From a virus: a stretch of DNA of 64,000 nucleotides. The position numbers and the translations under genes are program-made. How positions within the stretch are numbered: the stretch's first letter is position 1; every line of letters begins with the position of its first letter. This document shows positions 20,205 to 30,348 of this stretch, in pieces. The stretch is from the IMG/VR virus record IMGVR_UViG_3300026488_000013, positions 64,001 to 128,000 of that record; one strand, written 5' to 3'. Below the pieces are notes generated by a model that had not been told where the DNA came from, made no database searches, and saw nothing but the letters and a program-made list of their open reading frames with translations.

Positions 20205-20838
20205 CTGTTATATCTAACTGTTCATCATTTATTATTAATGAAATGAAAATATTGTACGAAACACCTGCAAAAGAATTGTTAGAGGTGGATGTCTCTGAGA
20301 TAGACACTGTTTTAAGTTGAAGTCTATTGATTTTAAATTTAGTATTTAAAATTTGGACAAGATGAGACAGGAATTTTTCTATTTCCCTTTTAATTTGTGT
20401 TGCGGCGGTATTCGTATCCAAATACTTCAAAATATCGAAAATCGAGCTTCCATATCCGGGGTCAAACAATAAAACACCTTTTCTCGTTCGTATAAAATTT
20501 CTAAGATTAAAAACAACAAACTCGACCAGGTCTGTTATATAAAGCAAACCATATTCTGTTAACTCAAAATTTATATCTAATACTTTATCCTTATCAACAC
20601 CATCTTGTTCGTCAATATATTTTCCAACAGCCTTATATAACGACGATTCTATTGGTGTATTTTGGGATGAGCGTGAAGAGAATAAGGAAAGATTATTTTG
20701 GCTATTTATATAACTTTCGATTGATAATCTAAGCTTGGGGTCTAATATTAACGAACTATCGAATTCGTTGGTTAATTGAAGAGAAATCGGTAATTTTTTC
20801 TTTAATGTATCCGGTAATTCAGAAACAACTACCTTCAT
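20188..20838 (-). CDS. Baseplate wedge protein, gp25-like
   Basis: LRNFIRTRKGVLLFDPGYGSSIFDIL matches the gp25/GPW signature. Confidence 0.75.
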   Translation of the reverse strand: MKVVVSELPDTLKKKLPISLQLTNEFDSSLILDPKLRLSIESYINSQNNLSLFSSRSSQNTPIESSLYKAVGKYIDEQDGVDKDKVLDINFELTEYGLLYITDLVEFVVFNLRNFIRTRKGVLLFDPGYGSSIFDILKYLDTNTAATQIKREIEKFLSHLVQILNTKFKINRLQLKTVSISETSTSNNSFAGVSYNIFISLIINDEQLDITDELKL

Positions 20839-20877
20839 TTTATTTCTTTTTTATCGTTATATTACTTTAAAAAAGAT

Positions 20878-22014
20878 TTATTTTTTCTTTTCAAGTTCTC
20901 TTTTTAATTTTTCATATTCTTGGATTTCCTTTTCTAATAATTCTTCTTCTCTGGAAACAATCCTATCCAATAAGGGCGCCGGAATAGACATAAAATTCAA
21001 TGTTTCAGAGAAATTTAATTTCGACGCATTATGCATTCTAATAAAATATTCCAACTTCTCATTATACTTATTAATCAATTTATTAACCATTATATTGGGA
21101 TGCATCCTGTCTATCAAATCTATATACAACTTCATATTATTTCCACATTCTGGACATATTACTTCCTGAATAGGAATAGGAAAATATTTTCCAATTACAT
21201 TTTTTTTATAAAAATTTAATATTTCACTAAAAAATTTTGCGGGCAATTTATCAATAAATTCTTTTATTTCCCAAAAATTGCTTATTTTTATTTTTTCATT
21301 TATTTTTATTTCTGAAATAAAAAATAAAATTAATTCGCCTTCACTAATTAAATTACTTAAATTATTATTTTTTAAAAATTTAAAGTTTGTCTGAAAATAT
21401 TTTCCTAAACTCGGCAATGAAAAAATAATTTCGATTTTTTTACCATCTTTTTCTTTTATAAATTTTTCATAATGTTTTTTGTAGCAAAATAAATCCTGAC
21501 ATGGGATAATCTTTAAAAAATAATTCGAAGTAAAAATTTTTTCCAGATTAATATTTATTTTAAAGGTATTTTCACAATATACACATTTTACTTCTTCCTG
21601 ACCCAAATATTTTATTTCATTTTTATTTAATACGATATTTGAATAAAATGACGATATTAAAAAATAAATGTCCCCTAAAAAAATTCCATTAATAAAATTG
21701 TTAAAATTATTTACAAAATTTAAATAATTTTCATAATTAAAATTATTTTTAAAAATAATTTCCGAATTAAAATATTCTGTTAATTCTTTATTTAAATTCT
21801 TAAAAATTATTCTTAAAAAATTAACTAATTTAAAATAATCTGAATTAAAAGATTTTAACTCAGAAATAATTTTTATCAAATTGTCTGGACGGGTATCTTT
21901 AACAGGATTTTTTACAAATAAATTAATTTTTGTTCCTAATAACGGAATAACAAAATAAGAAGAAGGAATGTCGTCCAAAATTTCTTTTATTGTTATCGTC
22001 GTTTTTTTTCTCAT
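20878..22014 (-). CDS. Baseplate hub assembly protein (T4 gp26/gp51-like), zinc ribbon
   Basis: CVYC and CPECG motifs, FSLPSL; paralogous to the adjacent gene. Confidence 0.55.
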   Translation of the reverse strand: MRKKTTITIKEILDDIPSSYFVIPLLGTKINLFVKNPVKDTRPDNLIKIISELKSFNSDYFKLVNFLRIIFKNLNKELTEYFNSEIIFKNNFNYENYLNFVNNFNNFINGIFLGDIYFLISSFYSNIVLNKNEIKYLGQEEVKCVYCENTFKININLEKIFTSNYFLKIIPCQDLFCYKKHYEKFIKEKDGKKIEIIFSLPSLGKYFQTNFKFLKNNNLSNLISEGELILFFISEIKINEKIKISNFWEIKEFIDKLPAKFFSEILNFYKKNVIGKYFPIPIQEVICPECGNNMKLYIDLIDRMHPNIMVNKLINKYNEKLEYFIRMHNASKLNFSETLNFMSIPAPLLDRIVSREEELLEKEIQEYEKLKRELEKKK

Positions 22015-22017
22015 TAT

Positions 22018-22905
22018 TTAAATGTTAAATATTTTGGAAAGAAACTCTATTTGGGGGTTTAAAATTAATTTTATTTTTTCACCGCAGTTTTTACATTCTA
22101 TTTCAGTAGTGTATATAGGGATATAATCTTTCAATTCTTCAATTATTTTGTTAATGGCTTTTTGCTTATAATATATTGGCAGAGTTGAAATAAATTTGTT
22201 TATTTCGTGTGGCAGATTAAATTCATAATTTTCAGCCGGCGCCATATCATTGGAAGATTTATATCCTTCTACAATTATTTTTTCAACGAATAATTTAAGT
22301 TGGTCGTCTGGCACAGAAATTAACGGCGCAATCTCAAGCGGTGCATTTACATCTATATCTTTTAAAGAAGAATTAATAAACCTAACAAATTTTTCCATAG
22401 TAGGAATTTTCATAACCAACTTAATCTTTATTTTCTCAAATTGCTTAGCATTTTTAGGCCGCTCTATTTTAAATTCATATAATATCTCATATTCATTAAA
22501 AGGTATATCTTTATCCCATTCCTTATTTTCATTCTTATATTGTGAATATTCTATTTTAATTTTGTCGTCATACTTATATCCACATGCGCCGCATTCAATA
22601 TTATCTACCTCATGCTCCCTATATGAACATTCCAATATTTTCTTTAATAACTCAAAATAATCTAAATGACTATTTTCCTTCAAAAACTTATTTTTATCAT
22701 CCGTTTCCACTTTCGATATAGCAATTTCAATTAATTTCGTTATAACTGTTTTTAAATTAGATTTTTTCAATTTTCTCAATTCACTACCATATAATTGCCT
22801 TAATCCATATTCATTCTTCGATATAGGAAATTTAACAAAACATTTTTCATCTTCAAATATTTCTAATATTTCCTCTATAATATTGTTTCTTAAAATTTTT
22901 TCCAT
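22018..22905 (-). CDS. Baseplate hub assembly protein (T4 gp26-like), zinc ribbon
   Basis: FPIS..YGLRQL, CGACG, MKIPT, CKNCG. Confidence 0.6.
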   Translation of the reverse strand: MEKILRNNIIEEILEIFEDEKCFVKFPISKNEYGLRQLYGSELRKLKKSNLKTVITKLIEIAISKVETDDKNKFLKENSHLDYFELLKKILECSYREHEVDNIECGACGYKYDDKIKIEYSQYKNENKEWDKDIPFNEYEILYEFKIERPKNAKQFEKIKIKLVMKIPTMEKFVRFINSSLKDIDVNAPLEIAPLISVPDDQLKLFVEKIIVEGYKSSNDMAPAENYEFNLPHEINKFISTLPIYYKQKAINKIIEELKDYIPIYTTEIECKNCGEKIKLILNPQIEFLSKIFNI

Positions 22906-23038
22906 TAATCATAACCTCCCTTCTGTAAATTATTTCAATTACAAAATTAATTTCCCATATTAATTTTCTCCAACAAAATTTTGTTTCACATACTTGTTTT
23001 AAAAATTTATTTTTCCTTGAAAAGGAAAATGTAATTAT

Positions 23039-23157
23039 CACATAATTCTTAAATAAATATTCTTTCAGAAATTAATTTGTTCTATAAATGTGTATCATAT
23101 ATGATAGGTATTTCTTTTATTTATATATTTATCCAATAGATGTGTAATTTTATTTGT
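23039..23157. repeat. 119-bp dispersed intergenic element, copy 2
   Basis: Ungapped match to 6158-6276. Confidence 0.95.
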
Positions 23158-23338
23158 TTCAAATATTAAATAAGATTTGCCATGAAATATATTTAATCCT
23201 AACATTAGTTTTCACATTTTCCACAAATAGAGAAATATCCTTCTAGTAGTAGATATTTCTATTGAAAATAAAATATTGACTTATGAATTATTGAATATAA
23301 AATTTTATAATAGAGTTGAATAAATTCTACTATATACT

Positions 23339-23387
23339 GTATCTTCTTTTATAGTAATTATACCCAGCGGAAGTATATAATTATTTG
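23339..23387. repeat. Satellite module B
   Basis: GTATCTTCTTTTATAGTAATTATACCCAGCGGAAGTATATAATTATTTG. Confidence 0.85.
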
Positions 23388-23493
23388 AAAAAATAAAATA
23401 TTATTTGTGATAAAAAAAAATAATGAAAAAAATTGTTTAAGGAAAATACAGATTTGAGAAAAAATAGGATAAAGAAAAGAAGGGGAAGAAATA

Positions 23494-24990
23494 TTAAACA
23501 CCTACTAAAGTGATTTTGGCCATTTTTTTAGGGTCAATAGTTAAAATGGTGGATTGAGGATATACTTCTATTTTTGTGGTTCCACCGGATAGTTCAACAG
23601 TTCTTACGATGGGTGCTCCTAAAATCGCATCTATTATTCCAGGGTTATTTCTATTGCCTTGGGTTAGAAGATATAGAGTTCCTTTAGGAACAAAGTTGGA
23701 TTTGATTACTTCGAATTTTTGAATGGCCATCACTTGTCCGGCGGATACACCAACTTTCGAATTAGGGTTACCAAATAAAGTTACATAGTTGGTAAGAGAT
23801 TCAATTATATGGGCATCTTCAGGGTTTACAGCAATATATTTAGGTTCCATTAGAGTGTTGTTATATACCATGTTGATAGCTTTTAGTAGGAAAGGAATTA
23901 GATAGGCATAAAAATCTGCAGGGTTAGACGGATTTAGTTGAGGAGGCATATTAGTGAAATCTACAGTGAAATTGGCAGAAAAACCGCCCTCATTAATTTT
24001 TAGTTCACTAATTATTTCGGCATCTTTCATTAATTGAATTTGAGCCTTAATAGCATCGGCCAAGTCTCTTAAATAATCAATGTTGTATTGACCCTTGAAT
24101 TCCACTTTTTTCCATACATCAGTTACAGCTTCGAAAGGAATAGTTGCTTCTACATATCTTTGTATGCTTTCTATTTCTTCATCGAAAACAACTTTATAAC
24201 CGTTGTCATTAGTGGAAGAGATGATAGTTTTAATAGTTACAGTTTCAGGTGTAATAGTAGAACTTTCAAGAGATTTCGCAACAGCACTTACAGTTATATC
24301 TCCTGTTCTATCGTCAATTCTTATGGTTATTTCAATATATCCTTTAACATCTGTAGTTTCAACTTTTGCGTATATGGTTTTGTCTGCCTTTACATATGCT
24401 GTGACATATTCGGTATGAGTGTTGCCATCCCCATCCTTCCAATCAACTTTTGTCAACATAGTTTTTGTAAGAATTACTTTGTATCCTTTTCCGCTAAGCC
24501 CCGCCTTAGTGAAAATATTGTCGGTAGTATTAACTGAAAATGTCAACTCTTTATATAGCTTAGAATAAATATCTACAGGTTTAGGAACTTCAAAAGTATC
24601 TACAACAATATCTCCATTTAATATTTTTGCGACACGTTTTTTAATGTTTACTTCTACCTTATTATTATCGGTTTTAAAAGGTATAGCCAATTTAGCCAAT
24701 ACAGGTTTTTGATATAGCTCGGCCAAGGCAGGATAATATGCAACTACAGCGGCCAGTGTTTGACCATTGTTTATAATTTCTGCTTCATTAATCATTTGTG
24801 TAAATTCCAAAGCAGCCTGTTCAAAAAGCTCCGCAGATTCACTAGGCAATTTAGTAGCTATAGATTCTATATAACTGTATAATCTTTTTTTGTCTTTAAT
24901 AATTCCGGACAAATCACTTTCTGTAAGAGTTCTGGTTTTTCCTAGAGTTTTTCCTATTACTTCTTCGTACTGTTCTAGAATTAAGGTCAT
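23494..24990 (-). CDS. Major capsid protein
   Basis: 498 aa, strong RBS AGGAGGA, directly downstream of the prohead protease; HK97-like C-terminal pattern (YIAVNPEDA, EVIKSNFVPKG); N-terminal LxE cleavage-like sites. Confidence 0.75.
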   Translation of the reverse strand: MTLILEQYEEVIGKTLGKTRTLTESDLSGIIKDKKRLYSYIESIATKLPSESAELFEQAALEFTQMINEAEIINNGQTLAAVVAYYPALAELYQKPVLAKLAIPFKTDNNKVEVNIKKRVAKILNGDIVVDTFEVPKPVDIYSKLYKELTFSVNTTDNIFTKAGLSGKGYKVILTKTMLTKVDWKDGDGNTHTEYVTAYVKADKTIYAKVETTDVKGYIEITIRIDDRTGDITVSAVAKSLESSTITPETVTIKTIISSTNDNGYKVVFDEEIESIQRYVEATIPFEAVTDVWKKVEFKGQYNIDYLRDLADAIKAQIQLMKDAEIISELKINEGGFSANFTVDFTNMPPQLNPSNPADFYAYLIPFLLKAINMVYNNTLMEPKYIAVNPEDAHIIESLTNYVTLFGNPNSKVGVSAGQVMAIQKFEVIKSNFVPKGTLYLLTQGNRNNPGIIDAILGAPIVRTVELSGGTTKIEVYPQSTILTIDPKKMAKITLVGV

Positions 24991-25128
24991 TATTTATATT
25001 CCTCCTATTAGATTTTTAATTTTTATAACGAATAATTTAATTAATTATTTTTTTTGATTTTATCGGGGAAAATTTAACTTATTAAAAATACGAAAAAAAA
25101 CTTTTTAGAAAATAAAATTTTGAAAAAA

Positions 25129-26937
25129 TTAATAATCTGCCAAAAATGCAATAGCCAGTTCTTTATCCGGTATTAATTCTAAAATTTCTTTATTTTCAAT
25201 TAAAAATTTATTTTCCAAATAATTTGAATTAGAAATATTTTCCAAAATTTTATCTGCTAATTTATTAATTTTTTCATTCGATAGGTCTTCTTTTTCAAAG
25301 AATAATTTTTCAAAAGCTTTTATAATATTATTATAAATTGATTCGTTTAAAAGTGGTGCTAATAATTTATCAATATATTCATTTAGTTCATCGTTTGAAA
25401 ATTCATAGATTTCTTCAGGTTCTTCCTCATCATAATCAATTATATCTTCCATCACATTAGTTTTTAATATTTCTCTCTCAATTTCGGTAATGTTATCAAA
25501 TTCATTAATTATTTCTTTAGCTAATTGTTCATTTTCAACAATAAACGAAATAATTTCGTTTTCGTCATATACATTAAATCCTATTTCAAATAATTCGTTT
25601 GTATAAAGCGGCGCACTTTTAGGTTGACTTATGTCAATATTAGGAACTAATTTCCTGTCAATATACTCCAACAATTCTGATAATTTATTTAAGTCGTAAT
25701 CAAATTTTTCCATAAATAATTCATCAATAAACGTTTCAGCTAATATTTCAGATTCATTTATATTTTCGATTTGAGATTCATCAATATTTGGAGTATTATA
25801 TTGCCAATACATTTGGAGATATTTTTTAAGTCCCATTCTGGGGCCGCAGGTCATCAATGACAGAGGAGTTATATAACCGGCGTTGATTTGCGTATAATTT
25901 TTATCTATTATTTCATTAGCTAATCTTTCCACATAAGATATAACAGCTTTAGTAATGAACTCATTTTTATCAAAAGCTTTACAAAACTCGTTATTTACAC
26001 ATACTACTACAGTATCATCGCTCATCGTTACATTTATTTTGGATACATCATCCGCATACATTATTCTTTGGATGTATTGTTTCAAATCTTCATCAATATC
26101 TGTTTCAGTAATAGAAATGGTATTATTGCTGGAATTTTTTATTTTTTCTAATATATCTTCGGGAATAATTACTGAGCCGGGGATAATTTTATTAACATTG
26201 GGTGTGGAAGAAATTTCAGATTCTGTCAATAGAGAAATACTATCTGGTGTTATAATTTCATTTTCTTGAATTTCTACTAAGCGTGCGCTTTGGTGAGATG
26301 GATTGATAACAACATCATAAGTTAGCGGTTTTTCTAATTTTTCAACCAACAGATACGATTGGCCGTTTTCGTTAATAGGAACCACTTTACCAAACGCCCT
26401 GAGGGAAAATCCTACATTATATCCTTCTTTAATAAGAGAATATACCATTTGACCTTTAGGATTATCTAAAGTTACTCCTTCAACTATAACCCTTTTACCA
26501 TCGAAATCAATATTTTTATAAAGAACACCTACTTCTTTAATAAATATTTGGGATGCTCTACGTTTCAATACTTGGGGGTCGGATGTTTCTACGAACGGAT
26601 GGTCAACTTCTGCCGGTAATCCGCCACGCTTTCGTATTTCAGCTTTGAAATATTCAACAGCTTCTTGAAGAACTTCAGGCGGATAATATCTGCCATTTTT
26701 ATTAATTTGTGTAGATTCTTGAACAATTGCCCTAAACCCTACTTTTCCTGATTTGCTTATAGGAGAATAACTTTCATTAATAATTTCTAATTCAGATATA
26801 ATATCATCAGATTGAAAAGATTCTAAAATATTGGATACTACAGACAAACTATCCTTTTTAGTTAACTCTTTTATTACCGACGGTTTCGTTATGTAAGGTT
26901 TTTCTATAATAAGAGCTAGAAATTCTTTATTGTTCAT
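25129..26937 (-). CDS. Prohead core protease (T4 gp21-like) with acidic C-terminal scaffold-like extension
   Basis: INKNGRYYP, EVDHP, TLDNPKG, GFSLRAFG, TYDVVINPSH. Confidence 0.9.
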   Translation of the reverse strand: MNNKEFLALIIEKPYITKPSVIKELTKKDSLSVVSNILESFQSDDIISELEIINESYSPISKSGKVGFRAIVQESTQINKNGRYYPPEVLQEAVEYFKAEIRKRGGLPAEVDHPFVETSDPQVLKRRASQIFIKEVGVLYKNIDFDGKRVIVEGVTLDNPKGQMVYSLIKEGYNVGFSLRAFGKVVPINENGQSYLLVEKLEKPLTYDVVINPSHQSARLVEIQENEIITPDSISLLTESEISSTPNVNKIIPGSVIIPEDILEKIKNSSNNTISITETDIDEDLKQYIQRIMYADDVSKINVTMSDDTVVVCVNNEFCKAFDKNEFITKAVISYVERLANEIIDKNYTQINAGYITPLSLMTCGPRMGLKKYLQMYWQYNTPNIDESQIENINESEILAETFIDELFMEKFDYDLNKLSELLEYIDRKLVPNIDISQPKSAPLYTNELFEIGFNVYDENEIISFIVENEQLAKEIINEFDNITEIEREILKTNVMEDIIDYDEEEPEEIYEFSNDELNEYIDKLLAPLLNESIYNNIIKAFEKLFFEKEDLSNEKINKLADKILENISNSNYLENKFLIENKEILELIPDKELAIAFLADY

Positions 26938-26981
26938 TTTGAGAGAAAAGGAAAGGAAAAATACAGGTCGATAGGTATTAT

Positions 26982-27677
26982 TTATTTGACTTTAGTAGGG
27001 TCTATTCCATGTAGAGGGTTTAATTTGGGAACGTTTTGTGTCGTATTTGTTGCTTTATCTGCAATATCATTGACAACATGTTGAGATGTTTGTTGTGTTC
27101 CTCCGTGCAACATATTTATCACTTTATCTTTAATAGCTTCAATTCCTTCTTTTGTTTTATCTGCAATATCGTGTGCAACATCTCTTGCTTTATCTGCTAG
27201 CTCTCCAGCAATTTGTTTGGTATGTTCGGGGTTGGATAAAGCCGCAGCTGCTGCGGCACCAGCTCCTAAAATACCTGCACCAATTGCTCCCCATTTTAGT
27301 GCTTTTTTCATTTTTTCTTTTAATTGTGGAGATAGAGACAATTCGTAAAAGAGGGTATCCATAACGCCTATAGCATAGGATTCTACAATATCCTTTAAGT
27401 AAAGATAGAAATTTTCATTCGCAAAAGTTTCATTTAAATATTCCGGATTTCCATTAATCGTTTCAAAAATGGAAGCAACGATGTTCGAAACATATTCCGT
27501 AACTAATTCAGAAGCTACTTTTTCAATCTGATATATAGTTTCTTCGGGCAGTATATTTTCTTGAATTAAGTCCCCATATTTGCCGGCAGCAATTTGATAT
27601 GCTTCTTCTAAAGCTTTACTTGTAACATTTTCTACTAATTGTATAATGTCGTTGAATTCCTTTTCTGTTAATTGCAT
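26982..27677 (-). CDS. Putative internal head protein with hydrophobic Gly/Ala helix
   Basis: Acidic N-terminal half with LxE sites, then WGAIGAGILGAGAAAAAAL and amphipathic repeats; strong RBS. Confidence 0.5.
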   Translation of the reverse strand: MQLTEKEFNDIIQLVENVTSKALEEAYQIAAGKYGDLIQENILPEETIYQIEKVASELVTEYVSNIVASIFETINGNPEYLNETFANENFYLYLKDIVESYAIGVMDTLFYELSLSPQLKEKMKKALKWGAIGAGILGAGAAAAAALSNPEHTKQIAGELADKARDVAHDIADKTKEGIEAIKDKVINMLHGGTQQTSQHVVNDIADKATNTTQNVPKLNPLHGIDPTKVK

Positions 27678-27722
27678 AATTTATAATAACCTCCTTTTGG
27701 TTTTAAAATTAAAAAAAAATAA

Positions 27723-28628
27723 TTATTTACCTCTTATTAGAGCCGTATGAATTGGACGAAGCCTGTCAGCTATTTTTATACCAAATAAACGTCCTCGTTC
27801 GAACCCCGTCCTATGACCTTCAGTATATCCTTTATCCATTCCTATTCTAGCGCCGACTAAACTTCCAACTAACATACCATGTCTTTGTCCAATTTCAGCA
27901 CCTCTATCGTATCCCATTTTATAAAGTTTAGTATTATTTAAATCCCCTTTTAAGATTTTGATAGCTTCTTCAGATGCAAATTTTGCCCTTTTTGCAATCG
28001 TTTTAACTTTCTCTTTCTTCTGTTTAAGTTTTTCCTTAACTTTGTTCAATTTATCTTTTATTCTTTGGTATCTTTCAGATTGTTTTAGTTTATTAATTTT
28101 ATCAAGTAGTTTTTGTTTATATTCATTTAATTTAGATTTAACAATAGAACCTGTTGTATTATATTTTTCTTTGGTAATTTCGGCCGCTTTTTTTGCACGT
28201 TGTTTAACAATATCTAATATTCCCGAAATATTTAATCGTTTAGACTCCTGTATTTCTTCTTTATATTCATATCCTTGTTCAAAAACTAATTCAGATTGCA
28301 AAATTTCGCTAACAGTTCGATAGGAATTTTCAACTATATATGGGAAAATCGCAGACACGTAATTTTCATCAAACCCTTCCGATAGAAGTTCAATTATTGT
28401 ATATTCTTGCAGTAGAGATACCAATTCTATAAATTCTTTTGCAGTTTCAATAAATTCCTCTTGTTTTTCAATAGATTCAAATACCAGCTCTCCTTCCTGA
28501 ATTAAATCTTTATAAGATTCATTAATTATTTCTTCATTGACTTCTCTTAAAATATTAAATATCTCGTCTCTTCCTCTAATTGATGTAATATTTTGCCCGG
28601 TTTTAGTTTGAAAAATACTTAAAGTCAT
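27723..28628 (-). CDS. Putative internal head protein with GxxxG repeat
   Basis: Acidic N-terminus (IINES, LIQEG, IQES), basic coiled coil, then GYDRGAEIGQRHG...GFERG. Confidence 0.5.
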   Translation of the reverse strand: MTLSIFQTKTGQNITSIRGRDEIFNILREVNEEIINESYKDLIQEGELVFESIEKQEEFIETAKEFIELVSLLQEYTIIELLSEGFDENYVSAIFPYIVENSYRTVSEILQSELVFEQGYEYKEEIQESKRLNISGILDIVKQRAKKAAEITKEKYNTTGSIVKSKLNEYKQKLLDKINKLKQSERYQRIKDKLNKVKEKLKQKKEKVKTIAKRAKFASEEAIKILKGDLNNTKLYKMGYDRGAEIGQRHGMLVGSLVGARIGMDKGYTEGHRTGFERGRLFGIKIADRLRPIHTALIRGK

Positions 28629-28656
28629 ATTTAATAGGTTCCTCCTGCGGATTTTT

Positions 28657-29322
28657 CTATAAAATTCTTTTTAATGCTTTTTGAAGTGTTATATCTGCTG
28701 CCTTTTGGAGTGTATCACCCGTTTTTTCAGCGCCTGTGCCTGCCGTAGTTAATGCAGTTTTGCTTATTGCAGATAAAATTCCGACCGTTCCAAAGGTTGT
28801 TTCCCCACCAATTCCAGTATATTTCATTATTTGAGCCAATTTTTTAAGAATTTTATCTTTTAATTTAATGTCTCTGGGATTTTTACTTTCTATTTTTTTC
28901 AATATTTGTTCGCCCTTAATTCCTAATTTCGCAAATAAGTCTGATAATGTAATTGATGGTTTTTCTATTCCATGATGGATTAATTTAGATGCAAATTTTG
29001 ACGATTTACCTGCCAATTTGAGCGAGGTTCCTGCTAAACCCAGCGTCCCACCTGCAAACGCCAGGGTATATCTTGCATTATTTTTAATACCTCTACCGGC
29101 CTTCTTTAGATTGTCTAAAACACCATATGATTTAAATTTTGATAAAATATTTGGTTTAGGTGATGATATTTTTACTTTAGATGAAATTCCGGATAACTTA
29201 TTTTTTATGAAAGATTTAATCTCATAGAGTTGATAATCAGAATAGTATGTTGGATTTTCGTTTAATAAAATAGAAAAAATACCACATTGGTGTGTATTAT
29301 TTATAGAAAGGAAAATACTCAT
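28657..29322 (-). CDS. Basic Gly/Ala/Thr-rich putative internal head protein
   Basis: Head-cluster context; amphipathic segments such as LAFAGGTLGLAG. Confidence 0.45.
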   Translation of the reverse strand: MSIFLSINNTHQCGIFSILLNENPTYYSDYQLYEIKSFIKNKLSGISSKVKISSPKPNILSKFKSYGVLDNLKKAGRGIKNNARYTLAFAGGTLGLAGTSLKLAGKSSKFASKLIHHGIEKPSITLSDLFAKLGIKGEQILKKIESKNPRDIKLKDKILKKLAQIMKYTGIGGETTFGTVGILSAISKTALTTAGTGAEKTGDTLQKAADITLQKALKRIL

Positions 29323-29405
29323 TACATTTGGATTTTATTTGAGAAAAAAATTAAATATGAAAAAAACGAAAGAGAGAGAAAAAAAGAGAATTAGATATTA
29401 TTTAA

Positions 29406-30257
29406 TTAAATATCTTCGCCGGTTTCATCAGTGGTTGTAGTAGTAGAAGTATCGGTTGTAGTTGTATCTGCGGTGCTGGTATCACCTATAGTTCCATCTT
29501 GATTAATATCGGCAGCAGTTTCAATAGCTTCATCTACTGTATCGGTATAGGGGCAAGGTTCGAATTCCAGAGTAATAACGGGATTAGTTTCTTCTACTTC
29601 ATACTCAAAATCATAGGCTTGATTTAAGAAATTAACTAATTGAACATCGGATTTAACATAATATTCAATTTTATAAAATCCATCCTCGGGATTAGTTGCA
29701 TAGCGGTAAAGCCTACCAACAACGTTACCACTATCATCAGTTATGTCTTTGGTTTCAATTAGTTGCATGTTTTCTTCCCTTTCCCCGTTATCTGTTACCA
29801 ATACTAGTTTTACTGTTACAATTTTATTAGTATTAGGGTCATATACTTTGGAAGTGGATTTTACTTGGGGAATAGTTGACATTTTACGCAAGAAATCAAG
29901 CAAAGATACATTAGAACCATCGGGTAGAGTTAAACATAGTCTGTTAAGCAAGCCTTCCTGAGAGATGGTTTTTAAAACTTTTTCAAGGATTTCTTCCAGT
30001 TGACCTTTTTCAGCATCGGTTAGAATTTCCGCCAATGTTCTAACTTCATCTAATTCAGATTGAAGTTGGGCGAGTTTATCGTTTAGGGTGGTAGTTACAC
30101 TATCAATATAGTTTTTTAAGGTAGTTTTAACATTATCATCTGCTAGTTCAACGGCCTGTTTAAGTGCCTCTATCATCTTAAGAATGTTGCGAATGTTTTG
30201 TCTCATAAACATGTCGGTGCCGATTTGTAAACCTTCGATTACTCTTTCTACTGCCAT
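29406..30257 (-). CDS. Probable abundant virion protein with coiled coil and Thr/Asp-rich tail
   Basis: RBS AAGGAGG; DINQDGTIG Ca-loop-like motif; DTSTADTTTTDTSTTTTTDET tail. Confidence 0.5.
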   Translation of the reverse strand: MAVERVIEGLQIGTDMFMRQNIRNILKMIEALKQAVELADDNVKTTLKNYIDSVTTTLNDKLAQLQSELDEVRTLAEILTDAEKGQLEEILEKVLKTISQEGLLNRLCLTLPDGSNVSLLDFLRKMSTIPQVKSTSKVYDPNTNKIVTVKLVLVTDNGEREENMQLIETKDITDDSGNVVGRLYRYATNPEDGFYKIEYYVKSDVQLVNFLNQAYDFEYEVEETNPVITLEFEPCPYTDTVDEAIETAADINQDGTIGDTSTADTTTTDTSTTTTTDETGEDI

Positions 30258-30348
30258 ACGATAACCTCCTTATTAAAAAATTGTTTTATATTTTTTTTGA
30301 AAAATAAAAAAAATAATTTATTCATTTAAAAAAAATATATTTTTAATT

